Below, piece after piece: positions 36,462 to 50,310 of a stretch of 57,798 nt of DNA. The first letter of the stretch is position 1, and each line of letters starts with the position of its first letter. The stretch comes from Octopus bimaculoides (lineage: Eukaryota). The notes below the pieces were generated by a model. That model was given only the letters and a program-made list of their open reading frames with translations. It was not told the origin of the DNA and did no database searches. The DNA lies in assembly GCF_001194135.2 (NCBI RefSeq), contig NC_068984.1:2511269-2569066 (forward strand), given 5' to 3'. Position numbers and translations under genes: made by a program.

Positions 36462-37278
36462 NNNNNNNNNNNNNNNNNNNNNNNNNNNNNNNNNNNNNNN
36501 NNNNNNNNNNNNNNNNNNNNNNNNNNNNNNNNNNNNNNNNNNNNNNNNNNNNNNNNNNNNNNNNNNNNNNNNNNNNNNNNNNNNNNNNNNNNNNNNNNNN
36601 NNNNNNNNNNNNNNNNNNNNNNNNNNNNNNNNNNNNNNNNNNNNNNNNNNNNNNNNNNNNNNNNNNNNNNNNNNNNNNNNNNNNNNNNNNNNNNNNNNNN
36701 NNNNNNNNNNNNNNNNNNNNNNNNNNNNNNNNNNNNNNNNNNNNNNNNNNNNNNNNNNNNNNNNNNNNNNNNNNNNNNNNNNNNNNNNNNNNNNNNNNNN
36801 NNNNNNNNNNNNNNNNNNNNNNNNNNNNNNNNNNNNNNNNNNNNNNNNNNNNNNNNNNNNNNNNNNNNNNNNNNNNNNNNNNNNNNNNNNNNNNNNNNNN
36901 NNNNNNNNNNNNNNNNNNNNNNNNNNNNNNNNNNNNNNNNNNNNNNNNNNNNNNNNNNNNNNNNNNNNNNNNNNNNNNNNNNNNNNNNNNNNNNNNNNNN
37001 NNNNNNNNNNNNNNNNNNNNNNNNNNNNNNNNNNNNNNNNNNNNNNNNNNNNNNNNNNNNNNNNNNNNNNNNNNNNNNNNNNNNNNNNNNNNNNNNNNNN
37101 NNNNNNNNNNNNNNNNNNNNNNNNNNNNNNNNNNNNNNNNNNNNNNNNNNNNNNNNNNNNNNNNNNNNNNNNNNNNNNNNNNNNNNNNNNNNNNNNNNNN
37201 NNNNNNNNNNNNNNNNNNNTATATGTATATATATATGTATGTGTGTGTGCCTCTGTGTGTGTGTGTGTGTGTATGTAT

Positions 37279-37324
<46 letters not shown>

Positions 37325-37333
37325 ATACATATA

Positions 37334-37985
37334 TTGGCTTGGCAAGAAAGTAATTTCGTCTTTCGCAAATAGCTAGAGTTACGATCTTTTTGAATGACTT
37401 GTCAATATCATGAATTTTTCTTTTTGACATTTGATAGCCGTTACTTTTAATTTACTTTAGAAGCAAATTGCGCGTAATTTTGTTTACAGCTGTTAGTTCA
37501 GTGTCAATTTTAACATGAAGTGCAAAAACGAACATTTTCGCAATGTTTTGCTTTTTTTATGTTTCTGTAAAGTCAAGAAAGCTGCTGAGGCTCACAAAGA
37601 GATATGTGAAGTTTATGGTGTTGATTGCTTAACAGAACGCACATGGTAGAAATGGTTTAAAAAATTTATTTCCGGAGATTTTTCACTCAAAAATGACCAA
37701 CGTTCTGGTCGAGCTATTGAATTTGATGATGACCGAATCAAAGTCATACTTGAATCTGATTGTCATATAACTGTAACTGTGCGAGAGATTGCAGTGGGGT
37801 TAAATGTACCACACACAACAATTGAAAATTACTTAAAATATCTTGGACTAGTTAAGAAGCTCTATATTTGGCTTCCACATAAATTGATAGAAATTCTCTT
37901 TACACACGAATCAATATTTGCGATATGTATCTCAAACGCAATGAAATCGACCTTTCTTTGAAACGAATCATCACTGGTAATCCAA
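37334..37985 (+). mobile_element. Mariner element 5' half with left TIR
   Basis: ta|ttggcttggcaagaaagtaatt TIR-like end; ATG at 37515 MKCKNEHFRNVLLF...AAEAHKEICEVYG...KWFKKF.SGDFSL...RSGR...WLPH.L...LKRIITG; stops and frameshifts. Confidence 0.88.
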
Positions 37986-38715
37986 AATTGTATTCGCGTT
38001 GTGCCGATTTCGGGCATTCGCTAACGATGTGTCATACCGTTTCACCCCTCTCACCACACATTCTGCATTTGTCGCTGCCGGTAGTGTTGTCTATACTGCA
38101 CTTCATATAATTGGTCCTTAAAGCTTGTTCCTGAGCTGCACATATGAGTGCTTCTGTCTCTATCTTCAGGTCACTCTTCCTCATCCACAGCCACCGCTCC
38201 TCTGTATCTGTCTTGGCGTTCACATCTCTTGCAAACTAACCGTACATATTCTTTTCCTCCATGCTTTTTTTTGTTCATTTCTTGTTTAAATTTTTCTTTA
38301 GTTACACAATTTTCAGTTTTGATGATGCCGGCCATTTTCGTATGCTTCAACAGTGGCTCCACGACATTTTTTATATACCACCCTAGGCTGTTTTCCTCTG
38401 CTTCTGGCAACTGATCAAACTTCTCCCACCCATTCTTCTGAACGAGTACAACCTATCGGTGTCACTCTTAAGGTGGGAGGCTCTGTGTACTGTCAACATT
38501 TTTCTGGTCTTGCTATCCATTTTCTTCACTTCTCTCTTTTGCCATTTTATAATTCCCGCTCCATACTGAAGTAGTGTTATCGCCCACGTATTAACTGCTT
38601 GGATTTTATTCTATCCAGTCAGTTTTGAGCGCAACACTAACCTCAGTCTTCGGAAATACACCATCCTCAGTTCCTCTTTCATTTTCTTTTTCATTACCTT
38701 GTTGAACATCAAAGT
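37986..38715 (-). mobile_element. R4/Dong-like LINE fragment (thumb to zinc knuckle), different subfamily from 13.6 kb
   Basis: RRLRLVLRSKL..NKIQAVNTWA..YGAGII.W, DRLY...GGR.LI, WMRKSDLKIETEALICAAQEQALRTNY..IDNTTGSDKCRMCGERGETV.HIVSECPK.AQREY. Confidence 0.88.
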
Positions 38716-38759
38716 ATTTGAAACCTACCGTTTTAATTTGCTTAATCAAGTCTCTGTTC

Positions 38760-39376
38760 GGTAATTCTGCAAGTGACTGCAGATTTACCTGGGTGCCAGG
38801 CATTCTTTCCCATCCCAGGTACGGAAAAACCGGACATTTTAATGTGGTGTGAAAGAAGGAAAGTTGTAAATCTAGTCGAGTTAACGGTTCCTCATGAAGA
38901 TAATATGGACGCCGCGCGGGCTCGAAAGATTGACTGTTATGTAAACCTCCTCGAGAAATGTGAAGACGCAGGCTGGAAAGCGGAGCATTTTCCAATCGAA
39001 GTTGGATGTAGAGGGTTTGTTGGAGACAATGTGAGACTACTGCTGTTATCGTTAGGCCTAACTCATCGTAAGGTAAATACCACCATGACCGATATCCAAA
39101 ATACAGTGGAGAAGGCTAGCCACTGGATTTGGTTAAAAAGAGACGATGAGCGATGGCTAGAGAAATATTGAGCTTTGTTTTTAATAACCAGTTGATCTAG
39201 CAAGCGGGGCCTCATATCAGTGAGGTGCACATTGATGCCGTCGAGAGGTAGGCCCCGAAACGGCGCGCATTCTCTCCTGATGACCCCATGCACTTGCTGG
39301 CTTCCGGTATGCGGAGTTCTCGACTGGTAGCACTTACGAGTTGTTTGCAAGACATCCCTGCTAGGGACTGTGCCAT
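38760..39376 (+). mobile_element. HERO-like LINE 3' end (restriction-like endonuclease and 3' UTR) ending at (ATT)n
   Basis: Open ORF 38773-39171: KPDILMWCERRKVVNLVELTVPHEDNMDAARARKIDCY...GWKAEHFPIEVGCRGF...EKASHWIWLKR. Confidence 0.88.
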
Positions 39377-39417
39377 ATTATTATTATTATTATTGTTATT
39401 ATTATTATTATTATCAA

Positions 39418-39495
<78 letters not shown>

Positions 39496-39499
39496 CATT
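39377..39499. repeat. (ATT)n microsatellite
   Basis: Directly visible, abutting the HERO-like 3' end. Confidence 0.97.
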
Positions 39500-39574
39500 G
39501 GTGGTCGATGAAATAAATACCAATTACACCCTGGAATTGATGGATTCGATTAAACCTTTCCCCACCAAATTTCA

Positions 39575-39780
39575 GGCCTTGTGACTATAGTAGGCCAGCA
39601 ATTTCGAGGGAGGGGATAGGTCGCTTATATCGACCCCGCCAGTCTTCAACTGGTACTTATTCTATCCACCCTCAAATGGATGAAAGGCAAAGTCGACCTC
39701 GGTGACATTTCAACTCAGAACGTTAAGTCGGAAGAAGTGTCGCTTAGCATTTCCTCCGGCGCGGTAACGATTCTGTCTTT
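39575..39780 (-). mobile_element. Second-family SINE
   Basis: ggccagcaatttc...ctggtacttattctatc..ggatgaaaggcaaagtcgacctcgg..tcaactcagaacg. Confidence 0.8.
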
Positions 39781-41805
39781 GATTAATATTACTTTATTTT
39801 CTTCACAGCATAATCTTTATAGTTTGCTTGTTAATGGATGCAAAAACGCTGTCAGATACGTAAAACCTCTAAATAATTGTTTTTGATGCAGATAGAATAC
39901 ATGTGAAGTTGAGAAACAATCTTGAACTAGGGACTTCTTGGCTTTATTCATCAAGCTTTATTCATCGAACATTATTCATTGGGAACCTTTCAATTTGTTT
40001 TTAATTAATTTGTCTTTCATAGGCAGTTGTATTCTTGTCTCGTTTCCTCACAATTTAGTGTACAAATCTAATGACAGAAACAGTTCTACACTTGTATACG
40101 TTTTGAACTGTTCGGTTCCAATGGCGCCATTCTAATGCTTGTCTCAGTTTTATTTCCTGTCATACGATGTCAGATTAAATAGATACCAAACATAATAAAC
40201 TGACCTCGTGTCAACACAAGAAATCTTCGCCAATATTTTTTTACTGCCTTTCTATCAATTTACTGCTTTTTATCAATTTACTTCTTATTGTTTCGTTGTT
40301 TTCAGTTCTGTTAAAACCAAATGTTCAGTATAAGTACATCGATCTTCAAATAACAATACAGTGATTCGATTCTATTACACTCGTTTGCTTTTAATGATCT
40401 TGAAATCTTTTTGGCACAAAATTGTAATTTATTATAATTCTAGCCACAGACATTGAAACACCAATCTTCTTAAACCTTCTTAAACCTTCACACACGTTTG
40501 ATTTTGGATGACTCAAAGCATACACATGTTCTAAGTTGCACACTCACATAGACAAGCAGGCAAGATCCGACGGAAACAAATAGACATTCATTAATACAAG
40601 CATTACACACATATTATTTATATGTAAAACTATTTCTCACGGCTTAACTGCTCACATACGTACTTTCATTAATAGGAACGAAGGCAACCACACAGACACA
40701 AAGACACACAGAGAAAATCTTGAATGAATTTCTAAAACATGATTCCACTCCTGTCACTTACATCCACACCTCGTTACGGAAATTCTGTGATATTCCGTGT
40801 GCGGCAGACATTTTTGAATTTATCAGAATATATTATGACAAATGTTGCTTTTAGGTCAAAAGTTCAGTGTGTTATCCTGTCCACTGCTTAGTCGTTTACT
40901 CTTTCCACACACATACACACACATACATTCGTACATACATATATATATGCATACATTCATACATTTATCCATCCATCTATATGTATATATGTGCATACAT
41001 GCATACATATACGCAGAAATGCATTCATAAATAAATAAATGAATATATATATATATATATATANNNNNNNNNNNNNNNNNNNNNNNNNNNNNNNNNNNNN
41101 NNNNNNNNNNNNNNNNNNNNNNNNNNNNNNNNNNNNNNNNNNNNNNNNNNNNNNNNNNNNNNNNNNNNNNNNNNNNNNNNNNNNNNNNNNNNNNNNNNNN
41201 NNNNNNNNNNNNNNNNNNNNNNNNNNNNNNNNNNNNNNNNNNNNNNNNNNNNNNNNNNNNNNNNNNNNNNNNNNNNNNNNNNNNNNNNNNNNNNNNNNNN
41301 NNNNNNNNNNNNNNNNNNNNNNNNNNNNNNNNNNNNNNNNNNNNNNNNNNNNNNNNNNNNNNNNNNNNNNNNNNNNNNNNNNNNNNNNNNNNNNNNNNNN
41401 NNNNNNNNNNNNNNNNNNNNNNNNNNNNNNNNNNNNNNNNNNNNNNNNNNNNNNNNNNNNNNNNNNNNNNNNNNNNNNNNNNNNNNNNNNNNNNNNNNNN
41501 NNNNNNNNNNNNNNNNNNNNNNNNNNNNNNNNNNNNNNNNNNNNNNNNNNNNNNNNNNNNNNNNNNNNNNNNNNNNNNNNNNNNNNNNNNNNNNNNNNNN
41601 NNNNNNNNNNNNNNNNNNNNNNNNNNNNNNNNNNNNNNNNNNNNNNNNNNNNNNNNNNNNNNNNNNNNNNNNNNNNNNNNNNNNNNNNNNNNNNNNNNNN
41701 NNNNNNNNNNNNNNNNNNNNNNNNNNNNNNNNNNNNNNNNNNNNNNNNNNNNNNNNNNNNNNNNNNNNNNNNNNNNNNNNNNNNNNNNNNNNNNNNNNNN
41801 NNNNN

Positions 41806-42214
41806 CGGACGAGTCATCCTTTACCTTATATCTGAACACAAGCTGAGTATACGTGTGGAGACAGCCAAAAGAAGCATTTGACCCAGACTGCCTTCTTCCA
41901 ACTGTTAAACATGGAAGAGGATCTGTGATGATCTGGGGGCTGTGTCTTGGAAATCCGCCAGCCCAATGGTTTCCCTTCATGGCAGAATTAATAGTCAAGA
42001 CTATTTAAGCATTTTATCTGATCAAATTCATTCTATGTTTGCGGAACTGTTTCCAGAGGGAAACGAAATCTTTCAGGACGATAATGCACTAATTCACACA
42101 GCTAAAGTTGTTACTGAATGATACAAGGAAAATTCTAGTGAAGTTGAACATCTCATCTGGCCACCACAGTCCCCAGATCTCAATATCATTGAACATTTAT
42201 GGTGCATTTTAGAA
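41806..42214 (+). mobile_element. Tc1-family DD34E transposase catalytic fragment
   Basis: DESSFTL..VWRQPKEAFDPDCLLPTVKHGRGSVMIWG...IFQDDNALIHTAK...WPPQSPDLNIIEHLW; stops and frameshift; 5' part hidden by gap. Confidence 0.92.
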
Positions 42215-42252
42215 ACTGTATGTTTGTCTGTATGTATGTGTGTGTATGTTTG

Positions 42253-42286
<34 letters not shown>

Positions 42287-42747
42287 TGTATGTATGTGTG
42301 TGTATGTATGTATGTATGCATGTATGTATGTATGTATGTATATATGTATATATGTATGAATTTCCTAGAGTTGTATTTAAATTCTTCGCAGAATTCATGT
42401 ATGTATATCATTGAATTCTTCCTACAAAGAAGTATCTTTCTTTTTTAACAAAGTAACAGAGTGCCGTCACTGAAATTTAGATAACAAAAATCCTTAGTTG
42501 AACGTCGAACTTTAAAAATGTCTCGTATATTTTTACTGTTTCAATTACAGATCGTGTTTGTAAAGGGTGTAACGAATGATCAACTACGTCATTTGAAAAC
42601 AAGGTTTTCGAATTCGTTAGACATTCTGTTGCAGAGTCAATCGTGTGTGTATGCGTATGTATGCATGTGTGTGAATGAATGTGTGTGCACGTGATATATT
42701 TATGTGTGTGTGTGTGTGTATATATAAATGTAATGCGTGTGTGTATG

Positions 42748-42831
<84 letters not shown>

Positions 42832-43642
42832 CGTGTGTGTAAATAAGATTAAACATCATTAAGCAACAGACATCAATACCTCGTATGTTATGTGTACAAT
42901 ATGTGAAAATTGTCGAAGAAATCAATGTTGGTATTCTTGAAGTTTTATTTTATTTTGAGACAGAACAAACAAAATGGCACAAAAGCTATTTCTGATCTAT
43001 AGAAAATTGGAATTTAACTTTCTCATTTACCAATTCTTAATTCTTAGCCACATGTCAATAAAGAACAAAAGAATCGATATTTCGTCAAAAATCTATTCTT
43101 TTGATGGAGTCTCGGAAACACTGTAAGACAAGGACAAGTTTCCAGACAACAGAACTTTTGTATATTTAAACGTTGAGTTGTAGAAAGTATGTTTGGTTCC
43201 TAATTGATAACATCTCGTCACATACAGATTAACAAATAATGGTCGATTCCACAAACCATTGAATCATTCAGAACAGAGCTCTAACAAGCGATTCGATGTT
43301 CTGGAAATAACAGCCAAATTTCCCTTAATCACTGTTTACTATTTTAAAGTGTTGGTATCTAATATTACATAATATTCGATATCAGATGACAGTAAAAAAT
43401 AAGACTAGATGGTCATGGTTTGGATATCTCTGATTATAAATCTACAATGAGCGTTGGTCTGGGGAGAAGACATATACAACATCGTTACATATTGGTGTAT
43501 AGGACAATATCACGTCCGGAAAGCCTTGGACTATTCAAGTCCATCACTGCCAGTGAATATGAAATCAATCATTTATGCTTTGTTGACCTTTTAAAGAAAT
43601 AAATGCCGTATCTCTGCGTCATTTCTTTCGTAGTGAAAGACA

Positions 43643-43810
43643 TGAAATATGGGTTATGAAATATGGATTATGAAATGTGGTTTATGAAATATGGATTGTG
43701 AAATATGGATTATGAAATATGGATTATAAAATATGGAATATGAAATATGGATTATGAAATGTGGATTATGAAATATGGGTTATGAAATATGGATTATGAA
43801 ATATGGATTA
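43643..43810. repeat. 14-bp minisatellite (tgaaatatggatta) x12
   Basis: 168 bp of near-perfect units ending at a SINE 5' end. Confidence 0.95.
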
Positions 43811-44200
43811 GGCATTGGCTTTGTTATGTGGTTAAGAAGCTCACTTTGCAGCCAAGTGGTTTCGGGTTCAGTCCTGTACAGCACATTGGGAAAGTGTTTT
43901 TTATTATAGTCCCAGACTTACCAATGCCTTGTGAATGAAAAAGTTGAAGGAAATTGTGAGGAAGCCTCTAGCATATGTATGTTTGTACGTATATGTATAT
44001 ATGTGTGCGTGTGTGTATGCGTGTATGTGTCTGTGTTTGTTTAGGTCCCCCGAACTTAGCAGTTCGACAAAAAAAGCTTATCGAAGACGTTACAAGCTTA
44101 AAAATGTCCCGGGGTCAATTTGCTCGACTAAACATTCTCCTCAAGACAATGCTCCACTATGACCGTATTCCAATGACTGAAAGAAGTAAAAATAAAAGAA
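43811..44200 (+). mobile_element. OK-like SINE, full length, diverged
   Basis: Head tgtggttaagaagctcactt...gggttcagtcc; body aacttagcagttcg; tail caatgactgaaagaagtaaaaataaaaga. Confidence 0.8.
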
Positions 44201-44605
44201 AGACAAAATGTAGCCTTGACACCAGACACATTGAGGATTTGTTAGAAGATACCTTGACAAGGCGGGGCAGTGCCCCTAACAATGAAGGAATTCACATTTT
44301 ATACATTCCATCTGTGAAATAGATGTGATTCCAATAATGAACCTGTGTTTCGTACAACATGGAACTGTCCCGAAGACAATAATTATTGCTCCAAACCCGT
44401 AATTGTTCTCCATAATTTCCAGGTAGAATTATTTGGTTATCAGCCACGAGTGAACCTGTCCCGTCTATTGTAGAAGATTTGGATCAAAGAGGAAGGAACG
44501 CTGTGAAGCGAAACGGTTGGCTCCATCGCTACGGTTTGGCTTCCGACACACCCAGAGGCTTTTCTTATTTCTTCAAAGAAAATATTTTAAAATCACTTGC
44601 ATTGG

Positions 44606-44725
<120 letters not shown>

Positions 44726-44805
44726 GAACTAACTGGATTGTTATTCTTATTGCCGTCGTTACACACAAACATGCACACATACAGAGCCACACTTGCACAC
44801 ACACA

Positions 44806-44836
<31 letters not shown>

Positions 44837-45225
44837 TTTCAGCCGCGCACACATACGGACACAGATGGACACCCGTTGACGCGCCTATGTTTTAACCCAG
44901 TGTGGTGCGAAGCAAGTGGTCGCACTCCGCCTGTCTTTGACGAACCACACGAGACTCACGTGATGTGTGCAGATCGAATGCGGTCAAAGCATACAACTGT
45001 CACTGGACGAGTCCATACAGTCCTAAAATGGGTGCCACGGTCGCAGATGTAAATAGCGATGACATGTCGAGGTGACACTCGATTATTTCATTTGTAAAAC
45101 TAAATTCCCTCAAGCAGCAAAAATTGTTTGCAATAATCTGGCTTTCTCTTATCCGGCTTAATGTTACGAAACTGGAGATAAGCTGAAATTCTATGAAGCC
45201 TTTCAATTCAGAAAAAAAGTATTAA

Positions 45226-45271
<46 letters not shown>

Positions 45272-45639
45272 ACGCACACACAAAGAAACACACACACTCA
45301 CAGAAACAAACGCACAGACATTGAAACACACCCACACACAACAGAAACACACCTACACACACACGCACTTGCATTCATTTGTGCATGTATGTGTATATGT
45401 ACTTCTTGTACCTATGTGTGTCTGCTATTTTGCTTAATTGTTTGTTAGCGAGTGGTTTCTATATTAGTTTTTGTACAAGAAGTCATTTTAGAGAGAGAGA
45501 GAGAGAAAAAATGAGAGAGAGAGAGAGAGATAAAAGGAGAGAGAGAGGGGGAGTGATAGAGACAGATGACATTTGATAATCATTCATTTAAAAAGGAACC
45601 TATTATTAAAAGTGAACTGATCCGTCACTGTAAAGAATC

Positions 45640-45810
45640 GAACCTGTTTAACCCACAACACCGTATCTAGTTGTGGTGGATCTTCAGTCAACTGAATTAC
45701 TTGCCTCTGATCAACGTGTAAGCGGCTGAATATTCCATAGACACGAGCGTTGTTAAGGCAATTCCCGGATAGAATCAGGGTGATACAGTGCATGGAAAGG
45801 CAATAACTTT
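45640..45810 (-). mobile_element. Degenerate OR-like SINE 3' part
   Basis: aacgtgtaagcggctgaatattccatagacacg aligns to aacgtgcaagaggctgagcactccacagactcg at ~51525. Confidence 0.55.
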
Positions 45811-46883
45811 GATCTACGGATGCAATGCATTCGAGAAACATCTGTGTAGCTTCCAGCTACCCAAACATTTGCCTAAGCTGCCATTTCTTGGAAGCGAACC
45901 CCAGCCATATGGTTGCGAAGTGAGTTTCTCAAACATTCGGCCATACTTCCCCCTACATATCATCACCGTATATCAGGGATATTAACCAAAAAGCTACAAC
46001 AAGGTGCAACATTACAAAATGATTGTATTGTAACAAGTGATGCTTTTTAAAACTTTTATTTTACTTTATTTAAATATAATAATTCAACTGAAAGCACCGC
46101 CCCATATTCGTCCTGACAACAGTGTTAGCAATCAACATAACACATTTCTCATATGACCTTTCAAAACAACAAAGTCCTCTACTGGAAAGAAGAAGGTTAT
46201 TATAAAACCGAAAGTTTTTCAACGTATTCTGCTACATCGAATTGTTACAGTTCTATAAAAAGCTACTGCTAAGGTGACCTTTTCAAACAGTAGAATTATG
46301 AAGCGTACGGAAGTTACCACACAGCTGAATAGAACGTATTTGATCACGTGGACACCGAGTTTTCGTTTTGACTTGTTTGTTTCTACCAATTTCTCTGATA
46401 CCAAATATTTATTTCACTTTTCGAAAAGACACTATTATAAGTTCACATTCTTACATTGATGCGAGAAAGTCAAATATATTCATCGCTTTTCTTTGCTTTG
46501 TCTTCTTACTTTTACGATTTCTTTGCATAAAAATGCACACAATCCTACCAACATACTTACTCAAGCAAATACAAACTCACATTCATTCAAACACATACAC
46601 GTAGTCATCTTTACTCAATTACTCGGGCTACACACGCTCGCATGCACACACACACAACGCACAACACCATTCAACAAAATATACTTTACACATCTACGTT
46701 AACAGCCTTACATTTCTAACTGATGCTAAATTGATAAAAGGTTTACACAAACTGGAAGCGTTAAATAAATTCCTAAAATATTCTAAAGGAATATTTTTCG
46801 TATTTTCTTATTCGAGTTGACATGTCAATATTTATGTTATGAATATGCTCATGACAGAGTTAAAAGCATGGCAATAACACACA

Positions 46884-46937
<54 letters not shown>

Positions 46938-48289
46938 TGTATGTATGTATATAAACATATAAAAAGAACAAACGATACTATTTTCAATAAAACTCCCCTG
47001 AAAACTTCTATTACATCGCCGAAATTGAATCGTTTGAGAGAGAAAATATTGTACGTCGAACTTTTAAGCGAGTTCTTATAAAAGCCACATGGTATGTAAC
47101 ATATTAGAACTGCTAACTATATTTTTGACAATGAAATAACAAGTTTGTTTTCATATAAACATACATTACCTCAAATTTATTGCTGAGTAAATGAGAATCT
47201 GTGAAAAGAACATGAAATGGCTACACATTACAATCAAAAGCTGGAGAGCAAACTTATCAAGATATATGTTACTGTCACGTGTGTTATTTTAGCCAATCAA
47301 ATGTATATTGTCTGTCAGCAATTTTTTTTATTCATTTAAACCTTATATTATTATGGAGGAAATAAACAAGAAAAAATTATTTTTGATTCGTTCGTTTTGT
47401 TATGTCCGTGAATATTTCTTGGTGTTGACACTTCCAAACTTCTGAACTAGTTAACTTGAAGGTCAATCATTTTGTGTCTGTGAGTGGAGAAGGGAGAGAA
47501 AGAGGGAGAGAAAGAAAAAGAGAGAAAGAGAGAGAGAGAGAGACATAGAGAGAAAGAGTGATAGAGAGTTAAGGTGATTGAATCAGTGTAGTATATTCCT
47601 GAAACCCTAGAATTTTTGGACTCCCGGGGGTAATGGTAAGCAGAGTCAACCACGGGGAAAATAAACTCGGGATGCAGAAGGAAAGTAACAAGCAGTGCAT
47701 GTCATTTAGTGCAGGGTGTCCCCCAATATAATTACTGGTGTTTAATAGTTTCTATCAATTTGCCAGATAAAACCGTTATAACATATAGTGGGGTAAGAGG
47801 ATGTTTATGCTTTTCTCAAGAACATTAAGGAAAGGAACTTTAACTAGGAATTAAAATCAGTTTGTAAAATTGGAGGGCTATAGTGGTTTGACGCGACCCC
47901 AGTATATTACTGATACATATTAAATCGGCGGATAAAATGCAACGTTGTCACTGACTGGACTTAGTTACACCGTGGATGCATTTTTTTTTACTATTTAAGA
48001 ACTGATAAATTCAGTATCATTAATAAATACATCATTAATATTCGTGTATACAATAAAGTATCGAAAAGGTTTGTCGTACGCCTGAGAGTTGCGCATTGAT
48101 ACACCATATTTTACATGAAAACATACACACGAATGATCATCTAATATATATGTAGACATAAGTATATGTATGTATTAAATTCTCTTTCTTTCCTTCCTTT
48201 CCTGAGCGTCCAGTAACGCAATATCTGTATCACGCCCACGCGTTGTTATTTTTTGCTGTTTTTTTGTCGTTTTTCTTGTTTGAACTCAC

Positions 48290-48331
<42 letters not shown>

Positions 48332-48347
48332 CACATATGAATGCATC

Positions 48348-48396
<49 letters not shown>

Positions 48397-48499
48397 TCTA
48401 GTCCAGTGGCAGTCTGCCCTTAGGCAGATTTCGTGCATGCGAACCTTCTCCACTACCGTCTATACGACCTAGAAAGGCCCGTGCCCTCCTCTACACCCG

Positions 48500-48590
48500 T
48501 TAGGGAGACCAGGTGGGATTTGAACACAGAATGTAGAGAACTGGAAGACATACTGTATGGCATGCCTGCAGCTTCTGCCTCTCTCCCATC
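48500..48590 (-). mobile_element. Degenerate second-family SINE head
   Basis: gggatttgaacacagaatgtagagaactggaagacatactg. Confidence 0.5.
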
Positions 48591-50063
48591 TTCAGAGCAA
48601 TTTGAAACGAAGTGTTGTGCTCAAGCCATTGTGAGTGCCTATCCACCTTATCCACCCGATCACGCACCCATATACATCTGGGCAATATATTTCAGACTCT
48701 CTACATTTTACAGCATAAAATTATGAGCGCTTTCAGATGTATTGAGTAATCTTATTTTTTTTCATTCCTGCGTTATTGAAAACTCTGTATTACATGCATG
48801 CATACATAAGTACATACACGCATATACACGTGAAAGGACACATATCACATACGCACACATGTACCTAAGTGTAGGCCAGAAAGAGAACGGCGCTATTTGC
48901 TGGGAGAGCTGTGACCGACTTCCTTCTTATAGTGAATCGTTAGACCAGGTGGTGCCGGTTATTAACAGATCGATATGCAAGGAAATTATGTAAGCGATTC
49001 ATTTATAATACATGTGTAGAAGACTGTGACGATATATGGATCTCCAGGGTCTACTCGAAGACAAATGGTTAATCAGATATCGAGTAAAAGTATGTAGAGA
49101 AAAAAAAAAGGAAAAAGAGTAAGAACGAAAAGTAAACAAACAAAAATAATGGCGCATAAGACTTCGTAGTTCGACAACGATTTGACTTCCAGAAAGAAAG
49201 AATTAAGGAGAAAAGTTTACTGCGCTGCGAATTTTTACTTCCTCGTTTAGGCCTGGAGATATTGATCAAAGGTAGATTATTGTGTGTGTGAGAGGGGTGG
49301 GGGTGTGCTTGCAGTTTGTTCTGCATTATTTAATAACGATTCTTCATCTAATCGAATTTAGGAAAGTCTGAATAAGAAGAGAGTCAATAATCTTACGTCT
49401 ACAGTTTGGAAGTAGAATTAAATTGCCATTTTGGGGAGAAGGTCCATTAGGTAGTGCACAACCATCAGTCACACGAAAAAAAAAGTAATAAATACTGTAA
49501 GAGTAATTTTATCAGCATCGAAGACATTTTGCTTTTAAAAAAATCATATTTGAAACATGGTCATTTACATTAGATGATTTCAGTAAAATCAAATTAATTT
49601 TGTTTGTAGTAATTATATTTTTTTCTTTTTGTGGTGGTTTCACAATGTTATTGTCGATATTCATGATTCTGCAGCTTAGATTTTTAAGATGGATTCATCA
49701 AAATGGGAGTACACGAATTCATTTGATGAGAATCAATTCTATACAATGCTCGATGCAAATTTTAACAACATCGAATTGAAAGAGAAAACAACAGCGGAAC
49801 AATTGTAATATTTCAAAACCTGAGCAGCAATTCATGTTTTAAGAAAAGACTTACAAAAGAAAACACACAAAGAAGCCACGCAATTCACTTGTACTATTTG
49901 AATCCTTAAAGTTCTGCTGATATTTCATTGAAAATTATCTGAGTCGGTGAAGATTAATTAAAACATTTTCTTCGTATTTGTGTGAAAGTCTCAATAACAA
50001 TCAACAAATCTCTTCTAAGAGTTGCCAAGTCTTTCTTTCTTAATTGTGCTTATTTGACGCAAA

Positions 50064-50121
<58 letters not shown>

Positions 50122-50131
50122 NNNNNNNNNN

Positions 50132-50187
<56 letters not shown>

Positions 50188-50204
50188 TACATATCTTATA
50201 TCGT

Positions 50205-50310
50205 TTATCATTGACTTGTTTTAGTCATAAGACTGCGGCTAATCTGGGGCATCGCCTTGAAGAATTTTAGTCGAACAAATCGACCCCATTACTTGTTATT
50301 TTTTTAAAGC
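50205..50310 (-). mobile_element. OK-like SINE 3' fragment
   Basis: ttagtcataagactgcggc..tggggcatcgccttgaagaattttagtcgaacaaatcgacccc. Confidence 0.8.

Noticed and set aside
34217-37430. Long 300-390 aa ORFs (also 40856-41998, 53333-53791, 6337-6789)
   Set aside because: They run through N gaps and di/tetranucleotide repeats that lack stop codons.
39250-39290. GAAAC...CTGATGA in the HERO-like 3' UTR as a type-II hammerhead
   Set aside because: Stem II would need cccc to pair with cccc, and the 7-nt segment for stem I cannot close; the 11.1 kb copy is also degenerate.
43634-43645. miR-71-like start (tgaaagacatg); also let-7-like tgaggtagt at ~55449
   Set aside because: Only 9-11 nt match, no precursor hairpin, and both lie in or beside repeats.
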